Source: a bacterium | GTDB taxonomy: Bacteria > Electryoneota > Electryoneia > Electryoneales > Electryoneaceae | Length of the DNA: 64,000 nucleotides | NCBI GenBank assembly: GCA_963669175.1 | Contig: OY769902.1 | Location: 864,001 to 928,000 of the forward strand | Reading direction: 5' to 3' | Part shown: positions 62,853-64,000 of the stretch, piece by piece | Layout: every line of letters starts with the position of its first letter | How positions within the stretch are numbered: the first letter of the stretch is position 1 | Program-made: the position numbers and the translations under genes | Notes under the pieces: generated by a model | Database searches by the model: none | What the model was told of the DNA's origin: nothing | Seen by the model: only the letters and a program-made list of their open reading frames with translations

Positions 62853-63399
62853 TTGCTTGGCAATCACGCACTCCCCTTGGCTACTCCTGCTTGGCAACTC
62901 CGACTGGCAACCCTGCCCGGCAACTCCATCTGCCACCTCCGCTTGGCACGCACCCGGGGTAAAACCACAACCACTATTCCAACCCTGAAGGGGTTGCATA
63001 AAGGCTGAAATAATGCAGCAAATGCCCGTATCGACTCATAAAACCATCCATGAAGCAACACCGTTCATTTTGAACTTTATCCAACTCCTTCGGAGTAGAA
63101 TAGATTGGCATTCAAAACCCAGGATTGCCGCCGTCAGTTTGGCGGCTACCCTGGGAGATAATGCGCACAACATATTTACTCCGGAAGGAGTAACCTGATA
63201 ATTATCACAAGTATACAGTGGTAATATTCAGGCAACCCGCAGCCGGGGTTGGCAAGTAGCGTACATCCTATTCCCACCGTGAGCGCCAAACAGACGGCGC
63301 TGGACGGTGGGCTAATACAGAGAACCACTGCCGTGGTTCTTGTACTGGCCGTTCCATCAAGTATCACATTGAAATTGCCATTGGTGAAATATTCGGGCC
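62853..63399. repeat. REP-like cluster (family B) preceded by degenerate (CT)TGGCAACTCC tandem
   Basis: CAACCCTGAAGGGGTTG, CTCCTTCGGAG, CTCCGGAAGGAG; 63246-63399 near identical to 24086-24238. Confidence 0.85.
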
Positions 63400-63479
63400 A
63401 AGGTACTCCGCAGAATTTTTTGTTAGTCTTGAAGGTAAAATCAGTTTTTAGAACTACGATCTATATCCGGCAAAGTTAG

Positions 63480-64000
63480 CTACATGAATGTCAGGGAAAA
63501 TTTGGCCCTTTGTTCCTGTTGCTGTGGAGGAAACTGAATACGACTCAGACGTTGACGAACACAACGCTCTATCTCTTCACCGGTAAGGGGAGCAGACCAC
63601 TGAGAATTGGTGGTGCTGATGTTTTGAATGTGACCTGAAGGGCTTATCAGCAATTCAATCTGCATTTTTCCGCGCAACTGTGGGTTTTCACTTTTATGAG
63701 CCTGGTAACAAAGGTTCAATTTGGGTTTTGCCGCCCCGATAACACTCATAATCTCGTCCTGGCTCTTACGCTCGGATTTTTTTTCCGGTTGAACCGTTTC
63801 TGCCTGGTCGTTTTCCGGGCCTGTCTCGATCTGGAAGGGTACCGGTGTAAATACAATCCGTTTGAATTCTTCCAACTCGATCATTTGTACATCCGGCAGT
63901 GACAGCTTCTGATGGACAGGCTCCCGATTTATACCCTTTCGCTGCAGAGCAATATCGGCCATGTTTTTTTTGGTAATTTCCGATATGAATTGCAGGATTT
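63480..64000 (-). CDS. AgmX/PglI C-terminal (TonB_C-like) domain protein, 5' end off window
   Basis: LNLCY...NPQLRGK...ISPSG...ERCV...IQFP; frame open to window edge. Confidence 0.8.
   Translation of the reverse strand, partial: ILQFISEITKKNMADIALQRKGINREPVHQKLSLPDVQMIELEEFKRIVFTPVPFQIETGPENDQAETVQPEKKSERKSQDEIMSVIGAAKPKLNLCYQAHKSENPQLRGKMQIELLISPSGHIQNISTTNSQWSAPLTGEEIERCVRQRLSRIQFPPQQQEQRAKFSLTFM

Overview
Bacterial chromosomal DNA, probably from an FCB-superphylum lineage. This is an inference from eight proteins with T9SS/Por-type C-terminal sorting domains (one PorZ-like) and a Bacteroidota-like B12 uptake locus. Coding content: envelope and signalling genes, a heme-c chemoreceptor, a kinase/CBS/receiver-DASS transporter operon, an FMN-riboswitch ribD-ribE-ribBA-ribH operon, a cobalamin-riboswitch operon (two T9SS proteins, BtuB, BtuG-like lipoprotein) and a degenerate RHH/MazF pair. 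The intergenic DNA is the most interesting part. (1) A complete IS110-family (IS1111-type) element at about 22651-24024. Its AG core, circle-junction promoter and candidate nested bridge/seekRNA guides can be read directly, because an empty paralogous target lies at 15598-15616. (2) Four-helix-bundle gene cassettes bracketed by inverted 9-nt-period repeats, sitting between a stop codon and the next RBS in the rib operon. (3) At least three MITE families, nested at 39.8-41.0 kb: one in three copies with 8-bp TSDs, one with Tn5/IS50-like ends. Also a Zn-ribbon/HEPN protein, two HisKA proteins without an ATPase domain, and several apparent pseudo-enzymes. All calls come from reading motifs by eye; no searches or folding were run.
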